DNA of 58,129 bases, counting the filler, from Dugesia japonica (taxonomy: Eukaryota): the NCBI GenBank assembly GCA_001938525.1. It is 6 parts of 6 records of this genome, joined end to end, with 100 filler letters (N's around TTAATTAATTAA, not from the genome) between each part and the next. Parts side by side here need not be neighbours in the genome. Positions count along the whole stretch, not along the records: positions 1 to 12,231 come from MQRL01302669.1; positions 12,332 to 20,678 come from MQRL01645941.1; positions 20,779 to 30,189 come from MQRL01630715.1; 3 more parts are not named here. One strand, 5' to 3'. The position numbers and the translations under genes were made by a program. The notes beneath the pieces were generated by a model. The model worked only from the letters and a program-made list of their open reading frames with translations. It had not been told where the DNA came from and made no database searches. Of the stretch, positions 10,672 through 23,570 are shown piece by piece (position 1 is the first letter of the stretch; each line of letters starts with the position of its first letter).

Positions 10672-11715
10672 ATTCATGAACATGACGCGAGCATGTATTG
10701 TGCATGGTGATCTCATATTAAATGGTTAATGTGTAAATAAAATACACACTATGTAAATAATGTAAACACAAAATATATATTACACGGTTACATTGTAAAT
10801 AATACACTCAAAATCCTTATAATACATGGTTGCTTTGTAAATAGTACAAGGTAACTATGAAAATAGTATACTCATTAACCCTATACAATCATAAAAATAT
10901 TTTTATATATAGACTTATTAGTTATATATGGAAAGGCTCCATGAATTTATGATTTTTATGAAAAAGGTTCTATGTTTTTATCATTTTGTAAAGAAATGTT
11001 CTCAGCTAATGAGATTTTTTATTAAAGATAGCATCGCTAATGAGATTTTTTATAGAAAAGTGTCACTAGTAATATGTTTTTTATAGAAAATTACCTAGCA
11101 TATATGATTTTTTATGAAAAAAGTTCTGTCTTTTATTACCTTGTAAAGAAAAGATTTTATTTGAGTATTTGAATATTTGATCATGTAAATACGACAAAGA
11201 CTCCCCTCTTTGAAGTTTTTTGATAGATATATTTTAATAAATGAAACTCAGATGCAACACAGTTGCAACACATATACATTGAAAATCACGTGCCTGATAT
11301 TTTGAATAAATTTTTTTTTAATTTTCTCCCAAAAAGAAATTTTAAAACTCAACATAGCCCCCATTTTGAATTTTTTAAATATATCCAATAGGTATGCAAC
11401 TCAGATGTAACTCAGATGCAACACATACAATGAAACTTACGTGCGTGGTAATTTTATATGGATTTTTATTGATATTTTTAATAAAAGCAATAAGTATGCA
11501 AAATGAAAAATACACACACCCAGGATTAAAAAAACTGATCCGATCAAAAAATAAGTTGACATGACCAAATACTTTTTATCCTAAAATTCTAGAAAAAAAA
11601 CTAGTCCAAAAATACTGGCACCAAAATTCTGGCACAATCGTAATGTGTTTCCAAGCCACCCTCTCCAAATTAGGACATAAATAAAATTGTGCCAGTGCGC
11701 TACTATCTACCTACT
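10672..11715 (-). repeat. Right terminal inverted repeat, ending in AGTAGGTAGATAGT (read on minus)
   Basis: Matches 43-1039 in inverse orientation. The last ~330 nt contain GTGCCAG repeats and a terminus shared with three other element ends in the window. Confidence 0.88.
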
Positions 11716-12231
11716 TGTAATCTTCAAACAGTCTTCTAATTTCTTGATTGACATTCTTTGGAATATTCAGAACATTTCTCACTCTTTTTGAATTCTCAAC
11801 AACTAGCTCAACAACATCCTTTGAATCAATAAAATCCACTTCGGTTATCTTCATTCTATATATTCTCATCATATCAATGCTCTCAATAAATTCAGGATGA
11901 AGATCTTTGAAAATTACATATTCTTTTTCTTTTCGTTTCCCATACCAATGTAAATGTAATTTAGTTTTACCAATACATATTTTTCTTTTGTCTGAAATAC
12001 AACTGATATTAAAATCTGCAACAGCGATAACGCCGGTATCCGATTCTTCTTCAAACCTCTATCATCTTCTTGTGCAATACACAAAACTTTAGATACCGAA
12101 AAATCTTTTACTCGAAATAATAAACAATCCTTAAAACTATGACCTTCCTTTCTAAAAGATTTATTTATAGGCTTAATATTTATTCTATATTACTACGAAT
12201 ATTAGAGAGCTTTTCAAATATATAAAACATA

Positions 12232-12331
12232 NNNNNNNNNNNNNNNNNNNNNNNNNNNNNNNNNNNNNNNNNNNNTTAATTAATTAANNNNNNNNNNNNN
12301 NNNNNNNNNNNNNNNNNNNNNNNNNNNNNNN
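12232..12331. other. Artificial contig-join linker
   Basis: N44-TTAATTAATTAA-N44, stops in all six frames. Confidence 0.97.
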
Positions 12332-12792
12332 TTATTTGGATATGCTTGTCTTGCTAGAAAATCAACAACAGTTTGATCTCTTGGATTTTTGAATAAAACC
12401 AAATATTGTACGTTTGAATTATGGGTTCTATGACTACCTCCCTGAGGAAATAGATTTTGAGTCACATTACGATGTCTCTATATTTTTGTGAATAAATTAT
12501 TGAAATCCTTTTCTTTATTTGCCTCCTGATACAGATTATCAACAACAATAACATCATCTGGTCTTAATTTTTTGCTCCAATTAGAATCAAAACCATTTAT
12601 AATTTTCAGTTTAATATTACAAAATTCAGATTTAGTCAATCCACGCTCCTCATCTGCACCTCCATGCGATTATATGTTTTTAAATTTAGACTTGAATAAC
12701 TTCCATTTCAATAATTGACATACAAACAAAGTTTTCCTGCTACCACTAGGTCTAACAATTTGATAGACTGCATCACTTTTTAATCTCTCCAT
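12332..12792 (-). pseudogene. Packaging ATPase, another copy of the TBP-family element
   Basis: VYQIVRPSGSRKT (decayed Walker A), VIVVDN, RHRN, NVQYLVLFKNPRD; near-collinear with 3663-4060. Confidence 0.88.
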
Positions 12793-12849
12793 CTTGTTTT
12801 TTCTTTAATTTATTCATAATTTATTACATTGCTTATAATTGAAAGTTAA

Positions 12850-13060
12850 TGTAATAGGTATGCCACTCAGATGCAACTCATATGCAACACACATACATTA
12901 AAAATCACATGCCTAATAATTTAAGACTGCCAATCTCATGCAAAATATAGACTCCGCATGCAAATTATCAAGACTGTCCCATCTCATACATAAATATAAA
13001 GTCTTTTCAAAAGAAATATCATAAAATTAAATTAAATTAAAAATTTCCCCCGCGAAAAAA
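12850..13060. repeat. TIR-related fragment abutting the ATPase upstream region
   Basis: ATAGGTATGCCACTCAGATGCAACTC resembles 11389-11430. Confidence 0.55.
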
Positions 13061-14090
13061 TAGGTTTTTAAATTTCCAAATGCAACATGATTGGGATTTG
13101 AGAAATGCTCAAGTATTCATAGATATGCCAAAAGGGGCAGATGTAGCTATTGAAATAAACGTGCAAGAACCAGTTCCTAAGTTGACGTTTCATTTAAAAA
13201 GAATGAAGCGAAGAGAATTTGATTTATATTTGTTCAACGAGAAATAAGATAGAGAAAAAATGATTTTGTTATGTGAAATCTTTCCAAATGTGAAAACAGA
13301 ATTCCATGCTAAAGAAAAGGTAGTGAAGTTAGCTACTATTAGTCCAGATAGAATATATTTTGCTTTAGAATATATCGAATTTAATTAGCTCCAAAAGGCT
13401 CAGGCTATTCCACTGCAGTTTGGAAAAAGAGATCCAACTGAATCCAAGAAACAATGAAAATATTAAAGATATTTTGAATTCGACATTGTCATTGATCATT
13501 CCAACGGACACATTAAAGAAAATAGTACCATTGGCTAGTACGCAAAGTAGTTATCAAAATGAAATCTGAATGTTATTACGAAAAATGGTCAAGCAATTAG
13601 GCAAGACCCAAAAAGAAAAAGTCATTTTCTGGCTGAAATAAGAAAACCAGATCAGCAGACACCTGAAATAAAAAGATATTCATGTTCTCACATATATATA
13701 CTCTCATCACTGTAGTGTCACGCTGACTTAAGTCTGGAATCCTCAGGAGTTTTAAATACAGTAAATAGCCAAAATGTTTTGCAATGACATCAAAATGTAC
13801 AATGCAAAATAAATACCTTCTTATCTGACCAAAAAATTTATAAACATTGTACTAGCGATGTGAGATATGATTAAGAATAATATAATATTTTCAAATTGAC
13901 CTTTATATAAGTAAATTGACATGTTTTTTATAATATGTGAATGTGCGATCGATTGTTTGAATGTGTGTATGATTTTAGTGTGCAGACATTATTGGATAAG
14001 TAATTCCTCAAAAGCTATATGTATTTGTTACAATGTCATTTGGTGTTTTAGTATATATATTTTAAGTTTAATTCATTTTCTAAATCTAAC

Positions 14091-14870
14091 ATGGCAACCA
14101 CGTCAATCCTGAACTCATGGGTTCCAACACTCAAGATATTTGAGATAGGAGGAAATATTGAAGAATTTATTGAAGAAGCTAACAGATTTTTGAAATTTCC
14201 ATGACTTCGATTTAGTTAAAGAAAATAATTATAAAAGCTTTTATGATAACAGATGCAGTCAAATTATATGAAGCAGTCGATTCAAAAATTGAAGATTTTG
14301 AAACAAAATGTAGAAAAGCATTTTCAGAGCATGTAGAACTTGGTAAAAATCTAATTAGTGCATGAGATATCGTAGACTAAATGAATCATGAATTTTATTT
14401 TTTTCCAAAGTTAAAAAATTAGCAGATAATATTCTGCGTCACCAGTTAACGAAGAAAAAAACTCGTCAAATTCCTTTTACAAAATTCAAAGGTGAAGAAG
14501 TTGAACAGGAAATTAGAATGTGAGATGTTGAAAAAATGAAAGACGTTATAATTATAATTGATAGATTGAAAAAGGAAATGTAACCAGAATATGGAATTTA
14601 TGGGTTGACGAAAAAACTTACATTTGCAACAGTAGCGCGTGAAATTCCAAATTCAAAAAATAGATTTAATAAACCACGATACAATGGAAATTGAAATCTA
14701 AATAAAAATGATGAGTAGAAATCTGATTTTAAGATATATCGAAGAAACACCGGAAATATTATGAAAAGAAATTATGAACCCAATGTTCAGAATTCCAGAG
14801 TGAGAAAATGTTGGGTATGTAGAGAAGACGGTCACACGCTCACAATGTCCTAATGTTAAATGTTCATTGT
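14091..14870 (+). pseudogene. Ty3/gypsy gag remnant, probable LTR at ~13860-14091
   Basis: IFEIGGNIEEFIEEANRF; zinc knuckle KCWVCREDGH. Confidence 0.7.
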
Positions 14871-16869
14871 AAGAATCCAGGAAAAGATAATTGTATAGAA
14901 AATGGCTAATACAAAAAAATTAAATGATAAAACAAACGAAATAGATTATAAGGTTAATAAAATGAAGGTAAATAAATAAATTAATAATAAATTTAATAAG
15001 TTAAAGGATAATAAAATTAATTTATAAAGTTAAAAGATAAAAATAAAAGTAAAAGCGAATTAAGAGCATTATAAATAAATTAAAATGAATTTAGGATTTT
15101 ATGATTATATTACGGTTGAAAGTGAAATAAAATTTAGATCAACGGAAGTGAAATAGACTCAGTCTAATGATAGTAAAATGAATAAAGTAAATTAAGGGTA
15201 GTATAATAGACTAAAAAACTAAAGTAAGAAACTAAGAAAGTAAAGTCATTAGGAAAATAAAGAAATTAAAAAAGAAATTGATGATTTAATTTTTTTATTA
15301 AAAATATGTCAGTTATAAAATTGTAAGAGTATAATTATATAATTGTCAGAGTAATTGTAATGAATTGAAATAATCAATAAAAGAAATTAAGAATCATAAA
15401 TTAAATTGCAATTAGAAGTAAAGTTTAAATGGCAAGTAAAAAACAATAAAAATAAAATGAATTAAACCTAATTGGATAAGTTAATAATATTGAAATTAAA
15501 TTAAATAAGGAAATTAAAGCAAACTAAGAAGAGCGTAAGCGAAGAGCTTTGGGAAATTACAAATGAGTAAAAAATCATAAAATCAAGGAAGAAAATAAAA
15601 GTACAATTAAGTAGATTAAAAATCTTAGAATCAAGATAAATTAAAGTTCAGGTAAAGTGAAATTATCAGAAGTAAGAAAGTAAAATTGAAGCTAAGTAAG
15701 AGTAGAAAAATAAAACGAAAGCAAATTGAGATATATTAACTAAAATAAAGTAACATGAGAATATTAGTATGATTATCAAAACAGACAGAGCATAGTAAAG
15801 TAAATTGAGCAGTTTAAAGTAAAATAAGCAAAATAAGAAGATTGAAAGTGATTGAAAGATTAGAGTGAAGTAAGTGTATTAAAATGAAGTATACCACGAA
15901 TAGTGCGAGTTAAGAACCATGGAAATAGAAAGCGAAATTACAAGTAAAAAACGTGAATAAAGAATATCAGGGTTAAGATTATTAAAGTAAGTTAATGATA
16001 TTATGATTAAGTAAATTATTGGTTAAGAATAAAGCAAATTCAAAATGAATAAAGTAAAAGTACTGAAATTAATGTGAACCCCGGATCTTAGAGTAATATG
16101 TACGAGCAATTTAGTATTTTGGAAATAAAAATGAAATAAATTAAGGGTTCACAGAGAGGTCCTCCTACCTCACAAGCCTGGATAGAAATAAGAATTTACA
16201 AAGGACGAAGAAGATAAATTTGAAGTCTGGATGAGTTCGCTTGCACTTTAAATGATACTCCCTCAAATCTTATTGATATCCGGTCGGACAGAAGAGTTCA
16301 CTTGCTACTTAAATGGTACTCTCAATGCGCCTAGGAGCAAGAAAGTTGACAAAATTAAATTAACACAACCAACAGGAAAATTTAGTACAATAAGGGGCCT
16401 CAACTATCATACTAGCCGAGATTAGCAGTTTTAAAATTGGTCTGATCAACCAGACATGTGAAATACGATCGGCTTAGTTATCCGCAGCAAAAGTTGCTTG
16501 AGTAGGTATGACTGTTATAAAATGAGGAAAGCAAATGGACCGGAAGGGAAAACCAGTCTCGGTTGAAAGCGATAAACCGTCCACGTCTTATACAAGGTAA
16601 CGAATCTTATATGTAAGTAACGGTAATACACTTACTTCCAGGACGTACTAAGTACACTTCAGAGGGCACAATCAATTCATTTCTAAGCTTTTACAAGTCT
16701 CATAGTAGCCACAGCTACTGGATTTAACCAACAAACTCGTCACCAGAATTATTTAAGTACAAGCAAAATTCAAATCACGAAGACAACGAACCGTATCGCC
16801 TCCCTCTGGTCAAACCGACAAAACTTTACTGGTTGTTCCAAACGTAAGCCATTTGTAAATAAGTTTTAA

Positions 16870-17280
16870 GAGTAAATCACAAAAGGATATTACGTTTCAG
16901 ACAGGGAAGTTATACAAAGAATATTACAGTACAGAAGCAAATTGCGAATAAGTATTGTATTTCAAGAGGAAATCATAAAAGGATTTTACGTTTTAGACAG
17001 CAAAATTAAACAAAGATTGGTACAGTTCAGAAGGAAATTACGAATAAGTATTGCATTTCCAGATAAAATTACAAAGGGTTATTACGTTTCTGACATGAAA
17101 ATTATACAAAGATCACTACAGTTCATGAGCAAGCTACAAAAGTTATTACATTTCACAAGTAAATTGCAAATAAGTTATTGTATCTCAAGTGCAAATTACA
17201 AAAAGTTATTACTTCTCATAAGCATATTACATAAGTAAATTACAACTGCATGATTGTATCTCATAAGCAGATTACTAATA
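16870..17280 (+). repeat. Higher-order tandem repeat, 96-nt unit made of three ~32-nt monomers
   Basis: AAATYAYAAARGG recurs at 16874, 16970 and 17066. Confidence 0.8.
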
Positions 17281-17718
17281 GGTAATAAATCAATTATTAA
17301 ATTAAAAATAAAATTCTGCATTAAATCAAGTTATAAAATTGGTTATGGAATCAAGGTTCAAAATTGATAGTGAAATCAAACTACAAAATCAGTCAGTAAC
17401 TGGAAAATAAAAATAAAGGACATCATAGGGTTAAAATGCGACTTTAAAATGAATACCCAGTGATAATTAGTTATGAATCGGGTATCAGCAGAAAACGAAT
17501 AGATGTTAATAAGCAGCCCTAATAAAGAGTTCGACAGGAACATCGAATTTAAACAAACCGAGGGTGAGTAAAGAGATGAAACTGACTTTTAAAAAAATTG
17601 GTTAAATGGTTAGCGGGGTAATAATGTGTTTCGGGTATCAACAGTTCGATGGAGCAAGCACAATCGATTCGAAAATCGGTGTACCAATTGATATTATCCA
17701 AGTAAATTAGTGTGTAAT

Positions 17719-18305
17719 TATGTCTAATTTAGAAATCAAGTATGGATAAATAACGGAATATGTAAAGAAAATCATTAGAACGTTATCGCGGTGAATCTTT
17801 AAAGGTAATCCCGAAGAAATAAATGAGTTTCTTCTAACCTATGAAGAGCATGCCAAAGCTTTTGAGTGGGGAGTATAGAACAAAATCAATATGATACCAC
17901 TCCACCTGGAAGAAACTGCAATAATTCTCTATAGACAACAGATACGGGCTACGGGAGAATCGTTCAAATCATGGAAGGAGATAGAACAATTACTTCGAAA
18001 TTTTTTTTAAATCCCTAGAGAATTCTAACAAGCATTAAGAGAAGTAATATACTGCAAATAAGAAGGAGAAAAACTAATGCTTTATGCCATCAAGTTTAGA
18101 CAACTTCTTCCGACGGAACATTTTTCTGCCGAAAAGGATAGTGAATGCATCAATCCTTACATCGAGGGAATCTGGCATAAACAATTATAACCATTCATCA
18201 AGAATCGAAAACCTCAAACGTTAGAAGAAGCTATCAAATTACATCAAGAACATGAACCAGCAACACAACGACTAGACACACAACCAAGACCATGTAGTAA
18301 ATGTT
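17719..18305 (+). pseudogene. Ty3/gypsy gag remnant (same family as 50465-51170)
   Basis: FKGNPEEINEFLLTYE..AKAFEW, SWKEIEQLL, KPQTLEEAIK. Confidence 0.7.
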
Positions 18306-18575
18306 GATGCAATTTTTATCAGGAAAATGATTGTGGTTATGTAAAGAAACAGTGTGGGAAATGCGAACCCAGTCAAAAATAGTAAAACAACAGTCAAAAG
18401 TGGACGGCAGTCAAAATAGTAAAACAGCAGTCAGAAATAGTAAAACAGCAGTCAAAAGTGGACGGGAGTCAAAATATTTAAAGGAAAATAGTAAAACAGG
18501 AGTCAAAATGAGTAAAACAGTCAGTCAGCCAAAAATTCAAAGTCAGTTGTTCTTATGCGCTAGTATCCACCTACT
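18306..18575 (-). mobile_element. Terminal fragment of an AGTAGG-terminus element with CAGTCAAAA/AGTAAAACAG repeats
   Basis: 18557-18575 GCGCTAGTATCCACCTACT differs at 2 of 19 positions from 11697-11715. Confidence 0.7.
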
Positions 18576-19399
18576 ATTCATCAATCTAGCTTTTTCAAAA
18601 ATTCTGTCTGTGTCTGTCTTCCGATATTTGCCTCGATGGTTCAAACAAAGTTTTATCGATGATTATTGATGTCTACTCTGCATTTTCAATGAAGATGATA
18701 TTGAAAAATATTCTGAAATCCAAACTCAAACAATTAGATCTGGTATTAGTTTCTTTAATATTATAAATGACACTTTCTTGCACTACTCTGAAACTGCAAT
18801 TTCCACAAGTATCTTTTCAATTGTCTCGGAAGAGCTGTTATTCGCGCAATGCAGTACTTCCGTGCTTTTTTTCTAACATTGTTTCTCCGAGTCTACTAAA
18901 TCATTTCATGCTCATTTCATTTACTCTTTCTTCTGTATCTAACAAACAATCAAACTGTTCATCCTTGATCATCACTGAAATGCTAAGTTTTCCTTAATTT
19001 TTATCTTACAAAAATTGTTCGTTCTGTTTTTCTTCAATTGTTCATATCACTTCAGATTTGTTAACTTCTGCATCATTGAAACTTTCTCTTTGTAGGAATC
19101 TATAAACTTTTTCTCTTACTTTACTCGTCTCAATCCATATTTTTTGGACTCCTGAAAATAATCAAACAGCTTCTCATTTAATAAATGGCTCCGACAAACT
19201 CATTTACAAATGGAGCCCTGCTTTTCGGGTATTCTCTTCTTGGATCTACATTTTCTATTATGCTATTAGAAAATCTCTCTTCAATCTGTTCATCATCTTC
19301 TTCTCGAATGGCATGAATTGGTTTGGTCCGACTCTAATCTTTTGTTTGTTATCCGCTTTTAAAATTGTTTTTTCTCTCTTCTAGGTTTATTAAAATTCT

Positions 19400-20678
19400 A
19401 ATAACATTCTTCCGCTCTGTGACCCGGTCTTTTACATCTACTGCATACAATTTCTGTGCACATCCTTCTGATATGACCAATCTTACCACACCCAAAACCT
19501 TTTGGTGGTTTCTTGTATGGATAATTTCTACTTAAATGCCATTTTCTGTGACAAGTCCAGCATTCTACATGAGAATTCTTTGGATACTCTCTATTTGTGT
19601 GCCTATAACTCTAGCACATTCCAAACTGTGGTTCTGTTTTTAATGTAACTCTGTCAATGTTTCGTCTTTTGTTTCTGGTACCTTCTTCACGTGTTATCCT
19701 GCATAACTCCTGACAACGTTAATAGGTTCTTAATCTTCTATTTATTCAACTAGTGATAGTGTTTATTTTATATCTTCTACTTTCTTCAATTTCCGCATGA
19801 TTATCTCTTTTTCTGATTTTTTACTATCAGCAGAAATTATTAGCATTTTGTTAGCTCTCCATTTGCTAAAATATTATCAACGAAATCTTCCACATTTTAA
19901 AAAACACCTCAGATTCTTCAACACCACGTTGATAGCTTAAAATATTCTGTAAATATTTTATTACATCTCTCTTGCTCTTAAACGCTAATCGCAATATCTC
20001 TTGATATCCGTCCGCTTTCTTCAATTTTTTCATATATGCTTCCAATAAATTTTCGTGAAGCATGCAATCTATCACACGCTCTTTGCTATCAAGGCTACAT
20101 ACGTATAGCATTCATTTATTATACCGAATATCTATAAATAACAACTCAAAAATGTCGGCTGGTTGTGTCATTTTTGTTTCTTTCTTCGTTGTTGTTGACA
20201 ACCCTTTAACTTTATGGCATTTTATAAAGCTTCGGGCAACTTATTGTACTTTGCTCCACCAATATTTTGCGCTATATTTATGCATCTTATTCGCTGCTAC
20301 TTTTTTGCTCCAGCATTACATAATAGATGGTGTATCCTCATTCTTACCTCTTCTATTTTATCATCAGATATTCACTTTCCTTCATCATTTTCTCCAAAAT
20401 TGTCTTGCTTCTCTTGGATATCTACTGTATTTAGCATCCTTATTTTTAATTTCCCACTCTTGTGATTTTCATGTGACATAAGACACTGTGCACGTAAATC
20501 GCATTTACTTCTTGAAAACATATTTGCATTTGTATGAAGGGATCCTTTTCTATAATTAAATTTTATATCTAAACTGCTCACATAATAAATTTAGGTCTGA
20601 AACTGTGATGTGATCAGTTTCTTTGTATTTACCATAAAAATGATAGCTTTATGGACTGTTCCAAGGATAAATTTCTTC
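19400..20678 (-). mobile_element. Rearranged Ty3/gypsy remnant: RNase H end, integrase N-terminus, then gag with zinc knuckles
   Basis: IKFNYRKGSLHTNANMFSR; YWW...FELLFID; ECWTCHRKWH...GCGKIGH...CSRCKRPGH. Confidence 0.75.
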
Positions 20679-20778
20679 NNNNNNNNNNNNNNNNNNNNNN
20701 NNNNNNNNNNNNNNNNNNNNNNTTAATTAATTAANNNNNNNNNNNNNNNNNNNNNNNNNNNNNNNNNNNNNNNNNNNN
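20679..20778. other. Artificial contig-join linker
   Basis: N44-TTAATTAATTAA-N44. Confidence 0.97.
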
Positions 20779-21091
20779 CAGCTGAATATTCTACTATTAA
20801 ATAAACGATTTCAATTAGGACATTTGCTGAATTATTATTGAATAATTGAAGAGTACAATTCAAATTTGGTGGATAACTTTTTGAGGATGAATTATACGGA
20901 GAATAAACTAACAAAGATGATGTTTGAGAAATTTCCATTTGTTTTTTTTCGCAAATATTTATTGGAATAGTTAAAATAAAATTTTCAATTATTGAACTGA
21001 AAAAATAAAGGATCATTAAATTCAAAAAACCGATTTCCTTTTTATTAAATAGTACTTACAAATAGTATATAAATAATACGGTAGTTAACAT
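20779..21091 (-). CDS. Host secreted CUB-domain protein, first two exons (intron 20997-21059), cut by contig end
   Basis: Signal-peptide-like MLTTVLFIYYF spliced in frame; C...VYSPY...SYPPNLNCTLQL...VLIEIVYLIVE is the CUB pattern. Confidence 0.75.
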
Positions 21092-21379
21092 TGGAAAATG
21101 ATTGAAAATTTTCAAATCTGATCATTATAAATTATTAGATTTCTTATGTTAAATTCACATTAAATTAATTTAGATTAGATAACGTTACCGGGTAACCGAT
21201 ATTTCACTCTAATTTACTGTAATCACATTACATATTAAAGTAAGTAAATCGGTTTTGAAAATGCTTCGTTTTATAAATTATTATTAGCCAATTTCAGTTG
21301 AATTTTAAGACTCAAAAAAGCACTAAATTTTATTGATTTGAAAATTAGAAATCAATTATTATAATCAAAAACCAATAAA

Positions 21380-21810
21380 CAAGCTGTGAGTATGTTTTGA
21401 AAAACGAGTTGAAATTTTTGTGCTTTGATTGTAAATTATTTTTGTTAAAAATCTTTTATTTAAAAATTGAAAGTCACAAATTAATTAAGAAATCAAAGTA
21501 AATTAAATTAAAGTTTTGATATAAAAATTGTGTAGATTTTTAGAAACTATAATTTTGTTTTAAAATTTGAAAAAATAAAAATGATTTTTTGTTTTAAAAT
21601 TTGGTGAATTAAAAATTATATTTTTGTTTTAAAATTTGAAAAATTAAAAATTATATTTTGAATTTATTGGAAAATAATTTCCAGGCACGAGGTTTTAATT
21701 TGTTTCAATAAACAAATAATGATGTTATAGTTTTGTTTGTGAATAAATTTTGCTATGGAATCGAGTTTTGATATTAATGATCCGATGAGTANTTCAAACT
21801 CATCTAACAC
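21380..21810. repeat. Dispersed repeat, inverted copy at ~45360-45740
   Basis: Shared blocks GTTTTAATTTGTTT-AATAAACAAA and TGTGAGT..GTTTT-AAAA-CGAGTTGAAATT. Confidence 0.6.
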
Positions 21811-22375
21811 ACATAATCCTGTTTTTTAGGCAATTTGTTTTACCGCGATTCAAAAAAATCATTATTCTTTTCTTTACGCGATTTGATTCGATTTAAAACA
21901 CTTTTTACATATATTTAATTATATAAGCAAATCATTGTAATAATAACACTTATATATTAACAAATTTAAATTTATATTGCATTTTATAAATGATTTATAA
22001 CTATAATAGTTTATCATTTGTGTTATTAATAAAAACATGACCAAATATAAAGTCTAACACTTACCATAAAATGTGACATATCCGATTATTTACTCAAATG
22101 AAATTCGTTAATTTTTACTTTAATTTCTACCATGATGTTTTTGAATNNNNNNNNNNNNAAAGTAAATGTAATAAAAAAAATCAATATAATCAAATTGGAT
22201 AATAACGAATAAATGCTTGAAGTAATGTATTAAATCAATATAAGAATTATTTAAAATTGCAAAAAAATAAATGAAATAATCATGAAATTACAAGAAATAA
22301 ATTATTTAATAAAATGGAAATGAAATAGAAATCATATAAACAAATTAAAACCAATTATTAAATGAAAAATAAATA

Positions 22376-23027
22376 CAACAATACCCCACTTTGCGTTGAT
22401 TCAATTTGCGTTGCATATTTTTTTGGAACTTGATTTTCAGTTTGCATCTGAATTGTTTCACTTTGAGTTGCGTTTTTAATTTTAATTTTAAAAAAACGAC
22501 TCATCATAAATTCTCAGTAAGTTTAATGAAAATATTATGTGAAACAAATAAAATATAAATGTGAGAGTATCATGTAAATTTCATTTCACATGAAAAACCA
22601 ACCAATTTAAATTTACTCATTCAAATTCCAGATCAAGTTCAGTTTTAATGTAAAATTTTTAAATAAAAATATTTATAGCAAATAAACAAACTATATTTTC
22701 TATTGATTCTATTACATTGAATCGATAAATTGTTATTGCTTTTCAATTTTGTTAAAAAGGCTAAATGAATTCCTTGTATTATGTTCTACATTTATACCAG
22801 AATATTATTAATAAAATATTAAATACGCATCAAAATTTAATTGTTTTTTTTAACATTCATTAGTATAAGTTTCTTTTTTTTAGAATTACAATGAAAATCG
22901 TTTTATGCTCAACCAATTATTTTTCTTTGTATGGAATTGCATGAAAAATGGTGTTTCGGTTTGCATCGTTTCAGTTTGCGTTATATTTTTGTGGAAACAA
23001 TTATGAACGCAAAGTGAGAGATAAGTG
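22376..23027. mobile_element. Non-autonomous Tc1/mariner-pogo-type element (MITE-like)
   Basis: Inverted ends CACTTTGCGTT / AACGCAAAGTG, flanked by TA on both sides. Confidence 0.6.
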
Positions 23028-23249
23028 TAGTTATTTATTTTGTGTTAACTTTTATTAATTTGTATATTAAAAAAGCTGTTTGTTAATAAGAAATGGCAAT
23101 CACGCCATTACAAACCTACTGAAGAAGAAAGAAAAGGATGGTCGCTAGAAAAGTTTCACAAAGCAAAGAAATTTTGATATGCAAATCAAGTTTCTTTAGT
23201 AGTTCATCTGAACTTCAGATTCTGAAGATGCTGATAAATAAAGTCAAAC

Positions 23250-23570
23250 GACAAAAGAATTCCCTTTGTTTAATAAAATGGAGCTTTTATTCTCGTTTGA
23301 TATGTTACTAAAACTAGATGCTGAAGAATTATGGCCAAATGTAAAGTAGATTTAGTTTTGAGAATGTCTGTGAAAAATGGTTTCTGGAATAATATGTAAT
23401 TTCAAATACACTGTTGGATAAAATCACCCTTTGGTCGAAAAGTAAATAAAAGTCATGAAAAATATTGCAATTTCCAATTGAGAAATAGAAAATAGCTAAC
23501 GAAGTTTTTGTGAGTCAAACACTCTGGAAGTAGGAAGATATGAGCGCACCAGGCCACCCGCATCACTGAA
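23250..23570 (+). pseudogene. hAT (Charlie/Buster-like) transposase C-terminal remnant
   Basis: Decayed LCE.GFS and terminal QAHPSH*-like motifs only. Confidence 0.3.

Larger units (their letters stand above)
1..11715. mobile_element. Degenerate Polinton/Maverick-like endogenous virus (TBP-encoding family, copy 1); left terminus lies just outside the window
   Basis: Long inverted repeats at both ends and right terminus ...ACTATCTACCTACT (5'-AG type). Internal gene order on +: ATPase, small core-type ORFs, integrase, minor capsid, core-type ORF, major capsid. Confidence 0.9.

Noticed and set aside
7128-11715. A single 4.6 kb element bounded by the two AGTAGGTAGATAGT inverted ends
   Set aside because: No target duplication (ATTTGA vs TGTAAT), similarity ends after ~20 nt, and the right end belongs to the long TIR pairing with 43-1039.
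13080-13700. Coding-like stretch, also 11720-12180 and 35040-35450
   Set aside because: Probably decayed transposon coding sequence, but no motif I can assign.
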